From an uncultured Acidobacteriota bacterium (GTDB lineage Bacteria; Acidobacteriota; Vicinamibacteria; Vicinamibacterales; UBA2999): DNA of 64,000 bases. The translations under genes and the position numbers were made by a program. The stretch lies in contig CAVRUW010000009.1 of the NCBI GenBank assembly GCA_963724485.1, positions 198,999-262,998 of the forward strand, given 5' to 3'. Positions 18,840 through 28,272 of the stretch are shown in pieces. Below the pieces are notes generated by a model. That model had not been told where the DNA came from, made no database searches, and saw nothing but the letters and a program-made list of their open reading frames with translations. The number at the start of each line of letters is the position of its first letter. Within the stretch, counting starts at the first letter, position 1.

Positions 18840-18908
18840 GCCACGAAGCACGAAGAACACGAAGGAAACGAATCAATGTTGTCTTCGTGTCTTCGTGCCC
18901 TTCGTGGC
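18840..18908. repeat. CACGAAG-family word-repeat hairpin
   Basis: The left arm gccacgaagcacgaagaacacgaagg pairs with the right arm gtcttcgtgtcttcgtgcccttcgtggc. Confidence 0.85.
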
Positions 18909-18921
18909 TACGTTCTACGAA

Positions 18922-21744
18922 TCAGAAGCGATACGTGCCGGCAAACTGGAACTGACGCCCCGGTAAGACGTTGGAGCCCCCCGAATGCTGGCCGAATCGC
19001 GCGTTCCCGACCAAGGCGAGCGTCTGGTAGCCGCCCGAGAGCAGGTTCTGGTTGTTGAACGCGTTGAACATCTCGGCGCGCACCTCGATCTTGTCTGTTC
19101 CCACAGCGAACACTCGGGCCAGCGACACGTCCGCGTAGTTGATGAATTTGCCGCGCTCCGTGTTCCGGGCTCCGGGCTGACTGAACTGGCAACCACGCGA
19201 GCTGCAGCCACCGGTCAATCCACCCCCCGTCGGGTCGCCCGCGTACCGGATCGTATAGGGGCTACCGCTCTGGTGGTGCGACACCGAGCTCAAGCGCCAG
19301 CCGCTCAGCACAGGGCCGCTGCCTGGCAGGTTCCATGTGATGCTGGTCACCAGATTGTGTGGCGTGTCGGCGCCCGTGGGCCCGCGATCGAGCTCCGGAT
19401 CGGCGCTGTTTTCTGGAGAGAACCAGTGGTTGAGACGGTCTTCCGAGTTGGAGAGCGTATAGGACGCCGTCAGCATGAGAGGGTTCGTCCGATGCTGGAC
19501 GGCGAACCGGATGCCCTCGTACCAGGACCGGCCTTCGTTGGTCAGCAGGTCCATTCGCCTGAAGCCGTTCGGGCCGGGCGCAATCGGGCGAGTCGCATCG
19601 GCCTGCGCCTGTGTCCGAATCGCGGCGTTGGGATTCGGAGCCAATGCTGCGTTCAGGACATCCTTGGGAATCGGCGCCGCCTGGTTCATGTCGAGGAACC
19701 CGTGCTTGACGCCGCGATTGATATTGGCGTCCACGGCGAGGCTGGTCCGCGGACCGAGTAGCCGCTGGAATCCCAAACTGGCCGTCCACGCGTGCTCATT
19801 CTCGAGATCGGGCGAGATCTCCTGGATGTCGCGCGCTGGCAGCACTGCTCCCGGCGGGAACGCCGGCAACGCATTCGGGAACGTTGGGAACAACGGATCC
19901 GTCGGCGTGAGTGACAAAGTGACCTGACCGTTGCGGCCGCCAACACCGCCCTTGACGATGGTGAAGATCGCGTATTGCTGGGTGAATCGACCGAAGCCGC
20001 CGCGAACTGACCATTTCTGATCACCCTTGGGGTCCCAGGCGAACCCGACACGAGGGTCGACATTATTCATGTCCGTCCCAGCCGGCCAGTCGGGGATGCC
20101 CTTGACGATCTCAACGTCGTAGCGGAGTCCGAGGTTGAGCGTCAGGTTGTTGCGCACGCGCCAGTCGTCCTGAATAAAGCTCGCGATCACGTAAGCCTTC
20201 GGGAACATCAGCGCGGCTTCCGGAACTAGCGCGAACGACTGCTGGAACTGGAACGGGTTGGGCGCTGCCGCAGGGCTGCCGGTGAAGCGGTACACGCCGT
20301 TTTGCAGCGGTTGATACAACTGCTCGGTCACGTCATAGGTGAACGATGCGCCGGTTTTGATCGAGTGGTTGCCCTTCCACAGCGACACCGTGTCCGAAAT
20401 GTCGTAGGTCTCCTCAGGCAACACGCCCCACGTGCCGAAATCGTACCCGCCAGTGGTGGCGTATCCAGCCCGCTGAATCGACACGCAGTCGCATTTCGCG
20501 GCGCGACGATCCGTGTATCGCGAGTATTGACCGCGGACCTCGTTCAGGAACCGATCGGAGACAACGGTCAAAAACGTGCCGTGGATAGTGTCCACGTTGT
20601 TGTCCCACAGGAAACCCGTGCCGGGGAGGTTCAACCCGCCAGTCTCGTTGTCCTTCTTCCACCTCACCATGTTGTAACGCACACCGAGCGTGTTCATTTC
20701 CGAGAACCGGATGTCGCCCTTGAAGTGACCCTGATGCTCGTCAGCCGGCGTCGGCACGACGAGGCCAAGCGCTTCCTGCGAGGTCACGATGACCTCGCTG
20801 CGCTCGCGACGACGCTCGTAACTGCCGAAGTAGAACGCTTTGTCCTTGATGAGTGGACCGCCAACGGTGCCGCCGAACTGTTGCTGGTTGTACGGCGCCT
20901 TGGTCTTCTCTCCATTCACGATGGGCGCCAGCGGCGGCGCCGCGTCCCAGTCGCCAGGCCGCACCATCACGAATGCCGACCCGTTCAGCTCGTTGGTGCC
21001 GCTCTTGGTGATCATGCTGGCCACGCCAGCGGAATGCCCACCGAACTCGGCGGAAAACTGGTTGGTAATGATCTGGACCTCTTTGACCGTTTCGATCGCG
21101 AACCCGCTGGAGCCAAGCTGTGGCGCCCGCTGCAGCGTCAGCCACTTCGAGTGGTTGTTCGTGCCGTCAACGTAAGTGCCGAAGTTCCACACTTCCTGGC
21201 CGCCGACATTCACCGCGTTCGAGCCGGTTCCGGTCGCGACGACGTTGGAGTCGAGGGTGAGGAGCCTGAAGTAGTTGCGCTCCTTGGCCGGAAGAGTCTC
21301 GAACGCCGTGCGGTCGATGGTGGTTGACACCTCCGCCGACGTCGTTTGCACGAGCGGCGACTCGCCGGCGACCGTGATGGTCTCCTGCACCGAGGACACC
21401 TTCAGCGTGAAATTGAGCACGACGTTCTGGCCGGCGTTGAAGACCAGGCCCTCCCGTCGCTCGGTCGCGAACCCAGGGATCTCGACCTGCACGTTGTAAC
21501 GGCCCTCGGGCGGCAGCGCCCGGACCACGAAGCGCCCGCCGTCGTCGGTCGTGACGGTGCGCGTCAGGCCGGTCGCCGTGTTTTGGACCGTGACGGTCGC
21601 GCCCGGCAGGACCGCCTGCTGCGCGTCGACGACAACGCCCTCGAGGGCGAATGTGGGGTTCTGGGCATACGCGATGTGACTCGCGCCCAAAGCCAGGAAC
21701 AGACCGATCGCGAGACCGAATCGTGGCAGCCTCAATTTGCGCAT
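18922..21744 (-). CDS. TonB-dependent receptor with an N-terminal carboxypeptidase-regulatory-like domain
   Basis: The ATG at 21744 is preceded by GGAGG, and there is a signal peptide. The sequence GVVVDAQQAVLPGATVTVQNTATGLTRTVTTDDGGRFVV is a CarboxypepD_reg-like domain. The protein is of barrel length and ends in a terminal aromatic (AGTYRF). Confidence 0.85.
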   Translation of the reverse strand: MRKLRLPRFGLAIGLFLALGASHIAYAQNPTFALEGVVVDAQQAVLPGATVTVQNTATGLTRTVTTDDGGRFVVRALPPEGRYNVQVEIPGFATERREGLVFNAGQNVVLNFTLKVSSVQETITVAGESPLVQTTSAEVSTTIDRTAFETLPAKERNYFRLLTLDSNVVATGTGSNAVNVGGQEVWNFGTYVDGTNNHSKWLTLQRAPQLGSSGFAIETVKEVQIITNQFSAEFGGHSAGVASMITKSGTNELNGSAFVMVRPGDWDAAPPLAPIVNGEKTKAPYNQQQFGGTVGGPLIKDKAFYFGSYERRRERSEVIVTSQEALGLVVPTPADEHQGHFKGDIRFSEMNTLGVRYNMVRWKKDNETGGLNLPGTGFLWDNNVDTIHGTFLTVVSDRFLNEVRGQYSRYTDRRAAKCDCVSIQRAGYATTGGYDFGTWGVLPEETYDISDTVSLWKGNHSIKTGASFTYDVTEQLYQPLQNGVYRFTGSPAAAPNPFQFQQSFALVPEAALMFPKAYVIASFIQDDWRVRNNLTLNLGLRYDVEIVKGIPDWPAGTDMNNVDPRVGFAWDPKGDQKWSVRGGFGRFTQQYAIFTIVKGGVGGRNGQVTLSLTPTDPLFPTFPNALPAFPPGAVLPARDIQEISPDLENEHAWTASLGFQRLLGPRTSLAVDANINRGVKHGFLDMNQAAPIPKDVLNAALAPNPNAAIRTQAQADATRPIAPGPNGFRRMDLLTNEGRSWYEGIRFAVQHRTNPLMLTASYTLSNSEDRLNHWFSPENSADPELDRGPTGADTPHNLVTSITWNLPGSGPVLSGWRLSSVSHHQSGSPYTIRYAGDPTGGGLTGGCSSRGCQFSQPGARNTERGKFINYADVSLARVFAVGTDKIEVRAEMFNAFNNQNLLSGGYQTLALVGNARFGQHSGGSNVLPGRQFQFAGTYRF

Positions 21745-21964
21745 GGCGCGCCTCCGCTGGGCGAAAAACAAGCAAGTTGGAGCAAACAGCTGAGGATGCT
21801 ACCACCAATGGGGGTGGATCGGCGCCATGGCCATCACTGGGATGGGCGCATTTCGCGAGGGGCCGGTGGCGGTGGCTCTCGAGGAGGAAGGAGTTGGGTG
21901 CAGTGCACACTCGGTGAAGCAAAGCTAGGACGCCTACTCCTGGGGCCGGCCGAACAAAACGAAA

Positions 21965-21990
21965 GGGCACAGGATCCATCTCCTGTGCCC
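21965..21990 (-). terminator. intrinsic terminator-like hairpin downstream of the aminotransferase gene
   Basis: GGGCACAGGA-tccatc-TCCTGTGCCC is flanked by an A-run on one side and TTTT on the other. On the minus strand it is followed by TTTCGTTTTG. Confidence 0.55.
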
Positions 21991-22027
21991 TTTTCAACTC
22001 TGCCCTAGGCCCGAGGCCCTACCCAAT

Positions 22028-23224
22028 TCAGCCGCGGCTCGCCGTCGTCGTCGGAGCGCCCATGACCTTCTTGAAGGCGACCATGAACCGATCCATCTCT
22101 TCCGGAGTCCCGACCGAGACGCGGAGATGCTGCGTCATCGGTGGGAAGGGACGGCCGACCAACACGCCTTCTTCGCGGAAGGCCTGAATCACTGGCTGCA
22201 CGTCACGACGCAGGTGGACCATGAAGAAATTGGTCTGCGACGGGATGACGTCGTAGCCGAGCGCCTTCAGGTCCTTGGCCGCCTTGTCGCGGCCAGCGAT
22301 CGTCTTGGCCTTCACTTCCGCCATCGCCGCCTTGTTCTTCAGTGCAGCGACGCCGCCGTACTGCGCGAGCACGTTGACGCTGCCGGTCGAGAACGGACGC
22401 ATCTTCTGCAGGAGGTCTGGCGTCGCCACGGCGTAGCCCAGGCGCATTGCCGCCATACCGGCGATCTTGGAGAACGTGCGTGCGACGATGACCGGACGTC
22501 CTTCGTTGACGTATGGCATCGCGGTCGCGTAGTTCGGATCGTCGACGTAGTGGTGATACGCCTCATCGATCAGGACGGGCATGTCCGCCGGAATATTGGC
22601 CAACAGCTCCTTGATCTCGTCCTTGGTGACGATCACGCCAGTCGGGTTGTTGGGGTTGCAGATGTAGACGAACCCGATCTCGCTGGCGCGCTTCTTGGCC
22701 GTATCGATGATCACGGCCATATCCTGGCGGTAATCCTTCGTCAGCGGCAGCTTGATCGCTTCGCTCTTGATAGTCGTCGCGTGTGAGTAAACGGAGTTGT
22801 ACGACGGCTCGACGCCGAGGACCTTCTTGCCTCCGAGCAGGAACGTGGTGCCCACCACCTGCAGCACTTCGCCGCTGCCAGCCGTAATCATCACGTTCTC
22901 GGACTTCACGCCATCGAATTCAGCGATGGCCTGTTGAATCCCGGCATTGGGGTAGCCGTAGCGACCAGCGTACTTCCAGGCGCCTTCCATGGCCTTCATC
23001 ACCGAGTCGGGTATGCCCCAGTTGTTCTCGTTGTTGGCCAGCTTGGCCAGCGCGTCGTAATCCGCCGCGGTCTGCTGCGGACGCGGTGCTCCACTTGGCC
23101 GTCCCTGTCCGGCGGCGCGCCCCTGTGCGAACACATCGAGACCAGTTCCGGCACTGACGTAGCCGAGTGCGGCTGCCAGTCCGCCCACGAACCTGCGTCG
23201 TGAAACCGCGTGCTTGAACTCCAT
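22028..23224 (-). CDS. Tat-signal class I/II aminotransferase (HisC-like)
   Basis: The ATG at 23224 has GGAGG 5 nt upstream. MEFKHAVSRRRFVGGLAAALG is a twin-arginine signal. Motifs NENNWG, NPNNPTG and FSKIAGMAAMRLGY (PLP Lys). Confidence 0.8.
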   Translation of the reverse strand: MEFKHAVSRRRFVGGLAAALGYVSAGTGLDVFAQGRAAGQGRPSGAPRPQQTAADYDALAKLANNENNWGIPDSVMKAMEGAWKYAGRYGYPNAGIQQAIAEFDGVKSENVMITAGSGEVLQVVGTTFLLGGKKVLGVEPSYNSVYSHATTIKSEAIKLPLTKDYRQDMAVIIDTAKKRASEIGFVYICNPNNPTGVIVTKDEIKELLANIPADMPVLIDEAYHHYVDDPNYATAMPYVNEGRPVIVARTFSKIAGMAAMRLGYAVATPDLLQKMRPFSTGSVNVLAQYGGVAALKNKAAMAEVKAKTIAGRDKAAKDLKALGYDVIPSQTNFFMVHLRRDVQPVIQAFREEGVLVGRPFPPMTQHLRVSVGTPEEMDRFMVAFKKVMGAPTTTASRG

Positions 23225-23274
23225 GAATTCCTCCGGTTTTTTGAGCCGACCTCGCATTCTACACCCGTTTAATT

Positions 23275-23577
23275 GCCACGATTGGGTGATTGGGCGAGTG
23301 AGGTGATTGCAGTGCGTGATTGGGGGATTGGGTGATTGCAGTAGGGGATTGGGTGATTACAGTGGGTGATTTGGTGATTGCAGGGGTGATTTGGTGATTG
23401 CGGGGATGGCCAGTGAGGGTAGCGGATAGGCAACTGGACGATTGAGAAACTGGGCAGTTCGAGGATAGCCGGTTTGGGCGAACCGGGCATTCTGCCTCAA
23501 TCGCTCAATCCAACCACCCAATCACTCAATCGCCATTGCAATCACCCACTCACCCACTCACCCAATCAATCAGTGTT
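23275..23577. repeat. about 300-bp composite inverted repeat built from about 20-nt GGTGATTGGGTGATTGCAG-type units
   Basis: The left arm (23275-23405) has about 6 degenerate tandem units. The right arm (23497-23577) is their reverse complement (caatcacccactcacccactcacccaatc). The central section is about 90 nt and contains the hairpin ccggtttgggcgaaccgg. Confidence 0.8.
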
Positions 23578-23578
23578 T

Positions 23579-25483
23579 CTAGGGCACTATGCGGAACGGC
23601 ACGTGCTGCTCCGCTTGCCGGTCCGCGGTGCGTGCTCTCACGCGGAGCACGTACACCGCGGGGGCGAGACTCTGAAGCGGAATCTCGAAGCGAACCTTGT
23701 TGTCGACAGCTGCCGGCACAGGAAGCGTGACGAGTGACTCGCCTTTTTGATTGAGTAGCTCGGTCACGAGCTCTGGAGCCCCACCGGCACTGTAATACTC
23801 GAGTTCCACGAGTAGCCGATCGGTCTTGCGCAGACGTCGCGACGCCGTCGGCGACGCCTCGGGAGCCTCACGAAGGCCACGCAGCTCGAACGCCGAGCGG
23901 GCGGCGAAAAACCGTGGCGTCGCCAGCGATAACGGATCCTTCGCGATCGCGGGCACGGTGAGTTCAGCTAACCATCGATCCAGAACCTCGCCTCGCGAGT
24001 CGTAGCTGGTCAGCCGAAAGTGAGTCTTTCCGGGGTTGAGCGCAAAGCGGGCCGCCGCGGTCGCCGCGGGCGAGTCTCGTCGATCGATCGATTGCGCCGC
24101 GCCGGTGACGGTTCCATCGCTCTGCACTTGCTGCACGTCGAGACGCGTTGCCGCAGACGATCCCGTTCTGGTCGTCGGATCCCAGGTGATCGTGAGGTCA
24201 GTGAGCGCCTCGTTGCCTCGCGTGAAACCCACCCAGACTTCCGCCGTCCGCCCAAGCTTCGGCTCGACGAGGTTCGTCAATGCGTCCATGACTTCGGCGG
24301 CGACCGGCACCACGGCGGGTACGTTCAGCTCTTCCGCGCGCGGCGCATAGTAGCCGCGCCGTGCGACGACGCGCGAACCGCGCCGTTTGACCTCGACGTC
24401 GATCTTGTGGAACTTGCCGTCCGCCATCTCACGAGACGGCGCGTAACCGACCAGGTAGTACGCGCTCGCATCTTCAATCACGTCGTCGAGATGCTCCGCA
24501 TGATCGTTCGTGTTGTGGATGGCGCGGCCTCCGGTTTCATCGGAGAACCGGCGCAGCACCATGTTGCCGCCAAACTCACTCGACCCGAGCGGTCGGGGGT
24601 CGAGCGTGTGAATCGTCACGTTGCCGCGGTTCGCGGAGTTGACGACATCCTCCATACGAGGCCAATTGATACTGCGAAGACTGACCGGAGGACCCTGACT
24701 GACGAAGAGGATCGACTTGCGTCCCTCGCGAAGCCCGCCAAGATGCGTTGCGACCGCGTTGACGGCGTCGAGCGTGACGCCAGCACGCAACTCCCAGATG
24801 TTGCGCTGCGTCTGCTGCATCTCTTCAGCGGCACTCTTGACCGGGAACAACTCGCCGCGGCGGCCTTCGAACTTCGAGACCCTCTCGAGCATGGCGTTTC
24901 GGTCGCGCGTGAACTCGATATGCGTGAGCGGCGTGAGCGGATCCACAATCGCCACGAGATCGTACGGTCCCAATTTCTCGACGAACGCACGCAACGTGCG
25001 CCGCAGCGGAATGATGATCTGCGGCGCCTTGTCGATGTGGTAATCGTCCAGGAACAAGACGAACAGCCGCACATCATCTCGCGCGGCTTGCACCCGGGCA
25101 TGCTCTGGCGATCTGATCTCGATTGATTCCTTGAGATCTTCGGGCACACCACCGTTGAGTCGAATGAACTGAGCCGTCTCGACCGTTTGCACGATCCCGT
25201 CTTCCTTGACCACGAAGTCGGATGGCTCGAGCGTTTGAATCGCATGACCATCGCGATCGGTGACCGACACGTCCACGCGCACGATGTTCACCTTGGCGCG
25301 GAAGATGGGCGATTCTGGCTGTTCTGGTGTTTGATTAGTTGGTTTCTGACCGGACGGCTTCGGCTCGGGCTTCTGCTGCTCCGCCTGTGAGACGGCCGCA
25401 GCTCCTGCAGTTGAGTAGGTAATGCCGTACAGCCCAATAGCCGTGCAAAACACAGGGACCAAGGCGAATCGAACGCGCATCAT
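23579..25483 (-). CDS. VWFA-related exported protein (acidobacterial VWFA family-like)
   Basis: Start at MMRVRF (25483/25480), with a signal or anchor. VNIVRVDVSVTDRDGHAIQTLEPSDFVVKEDG is followed by a VWA-like core (LFVLFLDDYH). The family assignment is from memory. Confidence 0.7.
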   Translation of the reverse strand: MMRVRFALVPVFCTAIGLYGITYSTAGAAAVSQAEQQKPEPKPSGQKPTNQTPEQPESPIFRAKVNIVRVDVSVTDRDGHAIQTLEPSDFVVKEDGIVQTVETAQFIRLNGGVPEDLKESIEIRSPEHARVQAARDDVRLFVLFLDDYHIDKAPQIIIPLRRTLRAFVEKLGPYDLVAIVDPLTPLTHIEFTRDRNAMLERVSKFEGRRGELFPVKSAAEEMQQTQRNIWELRAGVTLDAVNAVATHLGGLREGRKSILFVSQGPPVSLRSINWPRMEDVVNSANRGNVTIHTLDPRPLGSSEFGGNMVLRRFSDETGGRAIHNTNDHAEHLDDVIEDASAYYLVGYAPSREMADGKFHKIDVEVKRRGSRVVARRGYYAPRAEELNVPAVVPVAAEVMDALTNLVEPKLGRTAEVWVGFTRGNEALTDLTITWDPTTRTGSSAATRLDVQQVQSDGTVTGAAQSIDRRDSPAATAAARFALNPGKTHFRLTSYDSRGEVLDRWLAELTVPAIAKDPLSLATPRFFAARSAFELRGLREAPEASPTASRRLRKTDRLLVELEYYSAGGAPELVTELLNQKGESLVTLPVPAAVDNKVRFEIPLQSLAPAVYVLRVRARTADRQAEQHVPFRIVP

Positions 25484-25540
25484 GGCTTCACGTTTGTGCA
25501 GGCAGGGCAACCTTCATTCTACCTGCAGGCCAGACGAAGC

Positions 25541-26023
25541 CTAGACTCCTGGTTCCGCGAGTGAGGCGAGAGCCGCGCTGTCGGTAAATGCGAGCGATTC
25601 CGAATTGACGCAGTATCTCAGGCCAGTCGGCCGTGGGCCGTCCTCGAAAACGTGGCCCAGGTGGCAGTCGCAGCGCGCGCAGAGAATCTCGACGCGACGC
25701 ATTCCGTAGGTTTGGTCCTCTTCGTTGACGACATTCTCGTCGGCGATCGGCTGGAAGAAGCTGGGCCAGCCGGTGCCCGAGTTGAACTTGGAGTCCGACG
25801 TAAACAGCGGAAGCTGACAGCAGATGCAGCTGTAGACGCCCTGCTTCTTGTTGTCGAGCAACGTGCCACAGAAGGGCCGCTCGGTGCCCTTTCCACGTGC
25901 GACCTCGTACTGCTCGCGCGTCAATTGCGCGCGCCACTCGGCGTCGCTCTTCTCGACCCGCGGCATTTCGATCGGCCCGACGAGCTGTCCGGCCGTGTTG
26001 AAGACTTTGACTCGTACGTTCAC
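25541..26023 (-). CDS. msrB: peptide-methionine (R)-S-oxide reductase
   Basis: Zn CxxC pairs (CICCQ, CARCDCHLGHVF), GWPSF, and catalytic RYCVNS. The GTG start has GGAGG 5 nt upstream. Confidence 0.9.
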   Translation of the reverse strand: MNVRVKVFNTAGQLVGPIEMPRVEKSDAEWRAQLTREQYEVARGKGTERPFCGTLLDNKKQGVYSCICCQLPLFTSDSKFNSGTGWPSFFQPIADENVVNEEDQTYGMRRVEILCARCDCHLGHVFEDGPRPTGLRYCVNSESLAFTDSAALASLAEPGV

Positions 26024-26032
26024 CGGTTCCTC

Positions 26033-27448
26033 CTAGAACAACCCGACTCTGCCGGCGACCGATGCGATCAGCTTGGCCGGGTCGAATCCCACACCACGAC
26101 GAAACACGGTCTCGACCTTGCGAATGTCAGCGATGGTCGTCGAGGGATCTCCCGCGACGACGACCAGGTCGGCCTGTTTGCCCGCCGCAATAGTTCCGAT
26201 GCTTTTCTCGCGACCGAGATACACGGCACCGTTGAGCGTGCTGATGCGGATCGCCTCGAGCGGCGTGAATCCCGCATCGACCAGCAACTCGACCTGACGT
26301 TGATTGGAGAAGCCCGGAATGACCCCACCCGCCCCTGTGGGATCCGTTCCCGCGATCAACATCCCTCCGGCCCGTGCGAACGCTCGCTCGAGCGCCATTG
26401 CCTTGGGCAGCAGCTTGACGTAGTTCGATGTCGCGTTTTTAGCGACGCGGGCATGCGTTTCCTCGAACTGCTGTTTGAGGGAAGGCGTCAGCACCTCGAG
26501 ACCTGGTGGCATCGGACGGCCGGGTGTAAACGTCTCGAACACTGTCAACGTCGATGTGAGGGCAACGCGCTTGTCGACCAGTTTCTGTACAAGCGATTTG
26601 AATGCGGCACCCGTTTCGTCGACCGCCATCAGCGCTTGCTGACCGCGGCCCTGACCAGGACAACTGTCAGGCTGTTTATCGGTCACAAAATCGGTCGCGG
26701 CGAGAAACCCATGCTCGAGATTGTCGATTCCGAGATCGGCAGCCTCGCTGTAAGTGACCGAACAGAGATGGCCGGTCACCTTCAAACCACGTTTGTGCGC
26801 TTCTTCAACGGTTGTCCCGAGAGCCGCGCGGGATATTTGCATGTACGCCTTGAACGACGTCGCACCCTGGCCCGCCCAGTACGCCACATGCTGGCGGGCA
26901 TCGTCCGCCGTTGTCACCGTGTTCATCTGCTGAAACTGGTTGCGACCGTTGACGTACGGTGCCGTGGCATCGATTGCCGGGCCGGCTTTTTCACCCGCCT
27001 CGATGGCCCGCTTCAGGTTCAAGTCCATATACCCGTTGAGATTCCCGCCGGTGCGCATTGTCGTCACGCCACCCGCGAGATAGAGACGGGTGAAGCTTTC
27101 GCCGAGTTGTCCGTAGACGCCAGGTCCCGTCGGGTAATAGAGATGCTCGTGCACCATCACGAGCCCGGGGATCACGCTCTTTCCGGTGAGGTCGATTACT
27201 TCGGCGCCTGCCGGGGGCGTCAGGCGTGATGAATCGCCGACCTCCGCGATCGTGCCGTCGCGAATGAGGATCGTTTGCTTCTCTCGCGCCGGCGCGCCCG
27301 TGCCATCGATGACGCGCGCATTGGTGAGCGCAATGATCGGGGCGCTGGTCCGCACGTACGCCTTCACTGCCTCCGAGGGTTGCGCTTGTTCGGCGCTCCC
27401 GGATGAGGTCAACAGAGCCAGCACTATGGGTGCAATCAGTCGTTTCAT
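26033..27448 (-). CDS. exported metal-dependent amidohydrolase family protein
   Basis: Signal peptide MKRLIAPIVLALLTSSGSA. It has an HxH metal motif (VMVHEHLYY) and amidohydrolase-like length and composition. Confidence 0.8.
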   Translation of the reverse strand: MKRLIAPIVLALLTSSGSAEQAQPSEAVKAYVRTSAPIIALTNARVIDGTGAPAREKQTILIRDGTIAEVGDSSRLTPPAGAEVIDLTGKSVIPGLVMVHEHLYYPTGPGVYGQLGESFTRLYLAGGVTTMRTGGNLNGYMDLNLKRAIEAGEKAGPAIDATAPYVNGRNQFQQMNTVTTADDARQHVAYWAGQGATSFKAYMQISRAALGTTVEEAHKRGLKVTGHLCSVTYSEAADLGIDNLEHGFLAATDFVTDKQPDSCPGQGRGQQALMAVDETGAAFKSLVQKLVDKRVALTSTLTVFETFTPGRPMPPGLEVLTPSLKQQFEETHARVAKNATSNYVKLLPKAMALERAFARAGGMLIAGTDPTGAGGVIPGFSNQRQVELLVDAGFTPLEAIRISTLNGAVYLGREKSIGTIAAGKQADLVVVAGDPSTTIADIRKVETVFRRGVGFDPAKLIASVAGRVGLF

Positions 27449-27454
27449 CGCTAC

Positions 27455-28153
27455 TCAGTCCAAGGCCAGGGAACCTGTATAGATCGCCATTCCGACGACT
27501 GCGTCCACGCCCATCTCATGAAGGGCGTCGATCTCCTCACGTGTCGTAATACCACCGGCGGCCGTCACCTTACGAGCGGTCGCGTCGCGCAGCACGCGAA
27601 TCGCGTCCATATCGGTGCCTTGCATCAGTCCCTCCTTGTCGACGTGTGTGTAGAGGAACTCACCGCAGTACGGATCCAGGGCCTTCACCGCCTGGACGCT
27701 CGAGATCGCCAGCGGTGTCCGCCATCCGTGAATGACAACCCGGCCTTCCCTGGCGTCAACCGCGGCGACGATCTTGTCCAGACCGACCGCATCGCGAAGG
27801 GCTTCGGCAAAGTCGAACTTGATCACGCTTCCGCCATCCGCCCCACGCCGGACGTCAAAGAACGCCGATCCCACGATCACCGCTTTCGCGCCCGCCGCCA
27901 GGACATCCTCGGCACGTCCCACCGATCGGATCCCACCACCCACGCGGCACGGAAGGCGTGTCGAAACGTGACGCACCAATTCATCATTGGTGCCCGTCCC
28001 CATCGCCGCATCCAGATCGATCAACTGGATGGCTGGAAACTTGGAGAACCGTTCGATCCAGCCGTCGAGATCATTCGATTCGATCGCGACCTTCTCACCT
28101 TGCACGAGCTGGACAACCTTACCGCCTTTGAGATCTATCGATGGAATCAGCAT
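27455..28153 (-). CDS. hisA: ProFAR isomerase (HisA)
   Basis: The N-terminus MLIPSIDLKGGKVVQLVQGE and the (beta/alpha)8 phosphate-binding motifs (GGGIRS, AAGGITT) are present. It is the last gene of the his cluster. Confidence 0.85.
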   Translation of the reverse strand: MLIPSIDLKGGKVVQLVQGEKVAIESNDLDGWIERFSKFPAIQLIDLDAAMGTGTNDELVRHVSTRLPCRVGGGIRSVGRAEDVLAAGAKAVIVGSAFFDVRRGADGGSVIKFDFAEALRDAVGLDKIVAAVDAREGRVVIHGWRTPLAISSVQAVKALDPYCGEFLYTHVDKEGLMQGTDMDAIRVLRDATARKVTAAGGITTREEIDALHEMGVDAVVGMAIYTGSLALD

Positions 28154-28161
28154 GCGTCACA

Positions 28162-28257
28162 CACGAGGCACGGAAGCACAGAAACACGGAATCAAATCTT
28201 ACGATCAGTTGACAGGGCACTTGCCTAACCAGTTCCCGTGTTTCCGTGTTTCCGTGG
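28162..28257. repeat. CACGGAA-type word-repeat hairpin inside the his operon (hisF-hisA spacer)
   Basis: The left arm cacgaggcacggaagcacagaaacacggaa pairs with the right arm ttcccgtgtttccgtgtttccgtgg. The loop is about 40 nt. Confidence 0.8.
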
Positions 28258-28272
28258 CTTGTACGTTGGTCG

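Noticed and set aside
21745-21964. Possible riboswitch in the 220-nt region upstream of the TonB-dependent receptor.
   Set aside because: No B12-box, TPP or other conserved riboswitch core is recognisable. Only the terminator hairpin of the upstream gene is clear.
23269-23490. 73-aa ORF (NHPIP/CNH repeats), plus the small ORFs at 52330-52686, 52491-52691, 53831-54115 and 43606-43932.
   Set aside because: These are translations of the word-repeat hairpins. The periodic peptide simply mirrors the DNA word, and the ORFs overlap both arms of the hairpins.
23275-23577. Possible CRISPR array, because of the regularly repeated units of about 20 nt.
   Set aside because: The units are contiguous with no unique spacers, are degenerate, and are mirrored by an inverted arm. 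No cas genes are nearby. It is a composite inverted repeat, not a CRISPR array.
25652-27229. 525-aa plus-strand ORF, and similar long antisense ORFs at 20302-21327, 24020-25126, 33790-34863, 47938-49080, 54486-55604 and 60563-61444.
   Set aside because: Each lies entirely antisense to a gene with clear family motifs. Their translations are Arg/Gly/Pro/Asp-rich with no motifs. This is the usual shadow-ORF effect of stop-codon-poor GC-rich DNA.
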